A stretch of DNA of 64,000 bases from Schizochytrium sp. TIO01. Lineage: Eukaryota > Protista > Bigyra: Labyrinthulomycetes. Within the stretch, counting starts at the first letter, position 1; each line of letters opens with the position of its first letter. The stretch is from the NCBI GenBank assembly GCA_004764695.1, contig SMSO01000031.1:9592761-9656760 (forward strand), in the 5' to 3' direction. The notes beneath the pieces are model-generated. The model had not been told where the DNA came from and searched no databases. It was given only the letters and a program-made list of their open reading frames with translations. A program made the translations under genes and the position numbers. Shown piece by piece: positions 62,190 through 64,000 of this stretch.

Positions 62190-63107
62190 ATGTCGATCAA
62201 ATCATTCCATGCAGGACTGACATGGAAGAACTTGGCCTGGGGTTTCTCTGACAGCGGCCTTGACACCACGACAGGCGAGGACGTGGTTCTGCTCGACCTT
62301 GACGAGAGCACTGCTACTAAAACTGCCTACAAGGATGCTGGCGTAACAGTGCTCTGCTACTTCTCGGTGGGAACCATCGAAACTTGGCGTGATGACACCT
62401 CGTCCAACCAAGCCGCATGGCTTGCCGTTGCTGTTGGAGAGCTCGCTGGCTGGGACGAGTACTGGGTTGATATTACCTCAGATAGCACCAAGACTCTTAT
62501 GAAGACTCGCTTTGAAAAGGCTGCATCCACGGGTTGCGACGGTGTGGAACTGGACAATGTGGATTGCTACAACGACTCCGCTTGCTGGACACACATTTCT
62601 GGCATTACAACACAGGCCCAGGCGAAGGCTGCCCAGATTACCTACAACGAGTGGCAAACTACGCTCGCTCACTCCTTGAACCTTGCCGTTGGCCTTAAAA
62701 ATGCCCCGGAGCTCATCTCTACGATGATCGACGACTATGACTTTGCCATCAACGAGAGTTGCCTCGAGTATGAGGAGTGTGCTGACTGGAAACTTTTCTT
62801 TGAGGCAAACAAGACTGTTTTCAATGCTGAATACATTTGGTCCCAGGCAGCTTGCGAGAGCACCACGGACCCTGATGTAAGCAGTAATACCTACTGGCTT
62901 TCCAGCAAGTACTGTGAAGGCGGTGGCGAGGGTCTTTGCACGAGTGGCGACACTTGGCAGAGCTGCTTTGTCAACCTCAAAAGCTCTAACTACACTAACT
63001 TTGACCCATCGACAGTTCCCCACCCTTCGCCCGCCCCTCTCAGCTCAGTCCCGTCACTGCTTCTCCCTCTCTTCATGATTATTTTCATGATTTTCATTCG
63101 CAGGTAA
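62190..63107 (+). CDS. Glycoside hydrolase family 114 (endo-alpha-1,4-polygalactosaminidase, Ega3-like) with C-terminal GPI-like hydrophobic tail, 305 aa; 5' end possibly incomplete
   Basis: VLCYFSVGTIETWRDD, GWDEYWVDI, GCDGVELDNVDCY, AVGLKNA, DFAINESCLEYEEC, VFNAEY. Ends in PSPAPLSSVPSLLLPLFMIIFMIFIRR. Confidence 0.9.
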   Translation: MSIKSFHAGLTWKNLAWGFSDSGLDTTTGEDVVLLDLDESTATKTAYKDAGVTVLCYFSVGTIETWRDDTSSNQAAWLAVAVGELAGWDEYWVDITSDSTKTLMKTRFEKAASTGCDGVELDNVDCYNDSACWTHISGITTQAQAKAAQITYNEWQTTLAHSLNLAVGLKNAPELISTMIDDYDFAINESCLEYEECADWKLFFEANKTVFNAEYIWSQAACESTTDPDVSSNTYWLSSKYCEGGGEGLCTSGDTWQSCFVNLKSSNYTNFDPSTVPHPSPAPLSSVPSLLLPLFMIIFMIFIRR

Positions 63108-63686
63108 TCCCAGTATAACTGGCGATAATAGGTTTTTAGTCGTTCCGCTGTTATTGCCGCATGCTACCAATACTTTCACCAGCTCCATAGCTTATCTTAA
63201 TCAACTCTTCGTTGCCAGTGAAACCTGGTAACTATTCATACGTGGAGAGCCTATCTTGCTATTTTCCACGAACTGAAGACTAATAAATTTTGTGTTCTGC
63301 TCTATGCCGATTTCTTTTTCTTCGTATTTTGCGTGTGATCCTAGTCTATCCATCCCATCGGCCAGGAAAACCCCAACTCTTCATAATGATTTCGACTTTG
63401 GTCATATCACAACGAGCATCGCAAACCCTACTTGGTTTAAATTCAATCATCTTTAAATATCCGTTGCTCCAAATGAACACTCACAACATAGGTGGCAAAT
63501 TGCACTGGCATAAGCAAATGAAATACTGTGTTAGAAAAGTAGATAAATCGAAAATGGTCGAATTTGACACTAGGGGCGATTTTCGTCATTGATATCTTTG
63601 TATTGTAATTAAAAGGGTTCCAACTTTTCTAGCGTCAAATTCAAAACCTAGAGAGAAGGAACGTGTTGATTGGCAAGGAGAGTACG

Positions 63687-64000
63687 TCACTCTGAACTTT
63701 GTGGTGTCGTTTGTGCTATTGATTCTGGAAGTTCTAATGTTTCTGTGGTGGTGGCCTGTTCTTGATTCTCCGCTGTGTCATCAGCTGCGGACGAGGATGA
63801 TGAGGAAGATGAATTTGTCTGAGAGACACGATTTGATCTGGGTTGTGAAGTCTTCTTGGATCTCTTCTTCTGCCGAGCCCGAGTCCTTGCATCTTTGACA
63901 AGTCGTCCTGTTGGGGATTTCGTACGCAGTTTCCCAGAGGTCGTAATTTCCTTAATGTAGGCGAGTTCCAAGATAAACTTGTTTTCCTTATATTTCTGGC
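63687..64000 (-). CDS. 3' end of a gene that starts beyond the window (basic then Ser/Thr/Glu-rich tail)
   Basis: The frame stays open from the window edge (QKYKENKFILELAYIKEITTSGKLRTK...) to the stop at 63687. Confidence 0.65.
   Translation of the reverse strand, partial: QKYKENKFILELAYIKEITTSGKLRTKSPTGRLVKDARTRARQKKRSKKTSQPRSNRVSQTNSSSSSSSSAADDTAENQEQATTTETLELPESIAQTTPQSSE

Overview
Eukaryotic nuclear DNA with mostly intronless genes, GT-AG introns with strong CTAAC/CTGAC branch points and dense tetranucleotide microsatellites. The style suggests a stramenopile protist such as a thraustochytrid, but this is inference. Gene order: long-chain acyl-CoA synthetase (22-2403); a ~24 kb microsatellite-rich stretch with no credible ORF; a 20-exon leucine-rich-repeat gene that the ORF track misses (27491-32259); a multi-pass membrane GH31 (YihQ-like) glycosidase; a small Cys-motif protein; a WDR7/rabconnectin-3beta homologue; SURF1; a two-exon GT4 glycosyltransferase; two tandem paralogous single-pass beta-propeller proteins; a two-exon helical protein; a GH114 hydrolase with a GPI-like tail; and the 3' end of a gene running off the right edge. 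The most notable feature is the LRR gene. It has one ribonuclease-inhibitor-type repeat per exon (13 exons are exactly 84 nt) and all 19 introns are phase 2 at the equivalent repeat position. Its internal exons are therefore interchangeable in-frame cassettes, a candidate combinatorial receptor-diversification system. No rRNA, tRNA, CRISPR array or transposase was recognised. All gene models were built by eye and need transcript confirmation.
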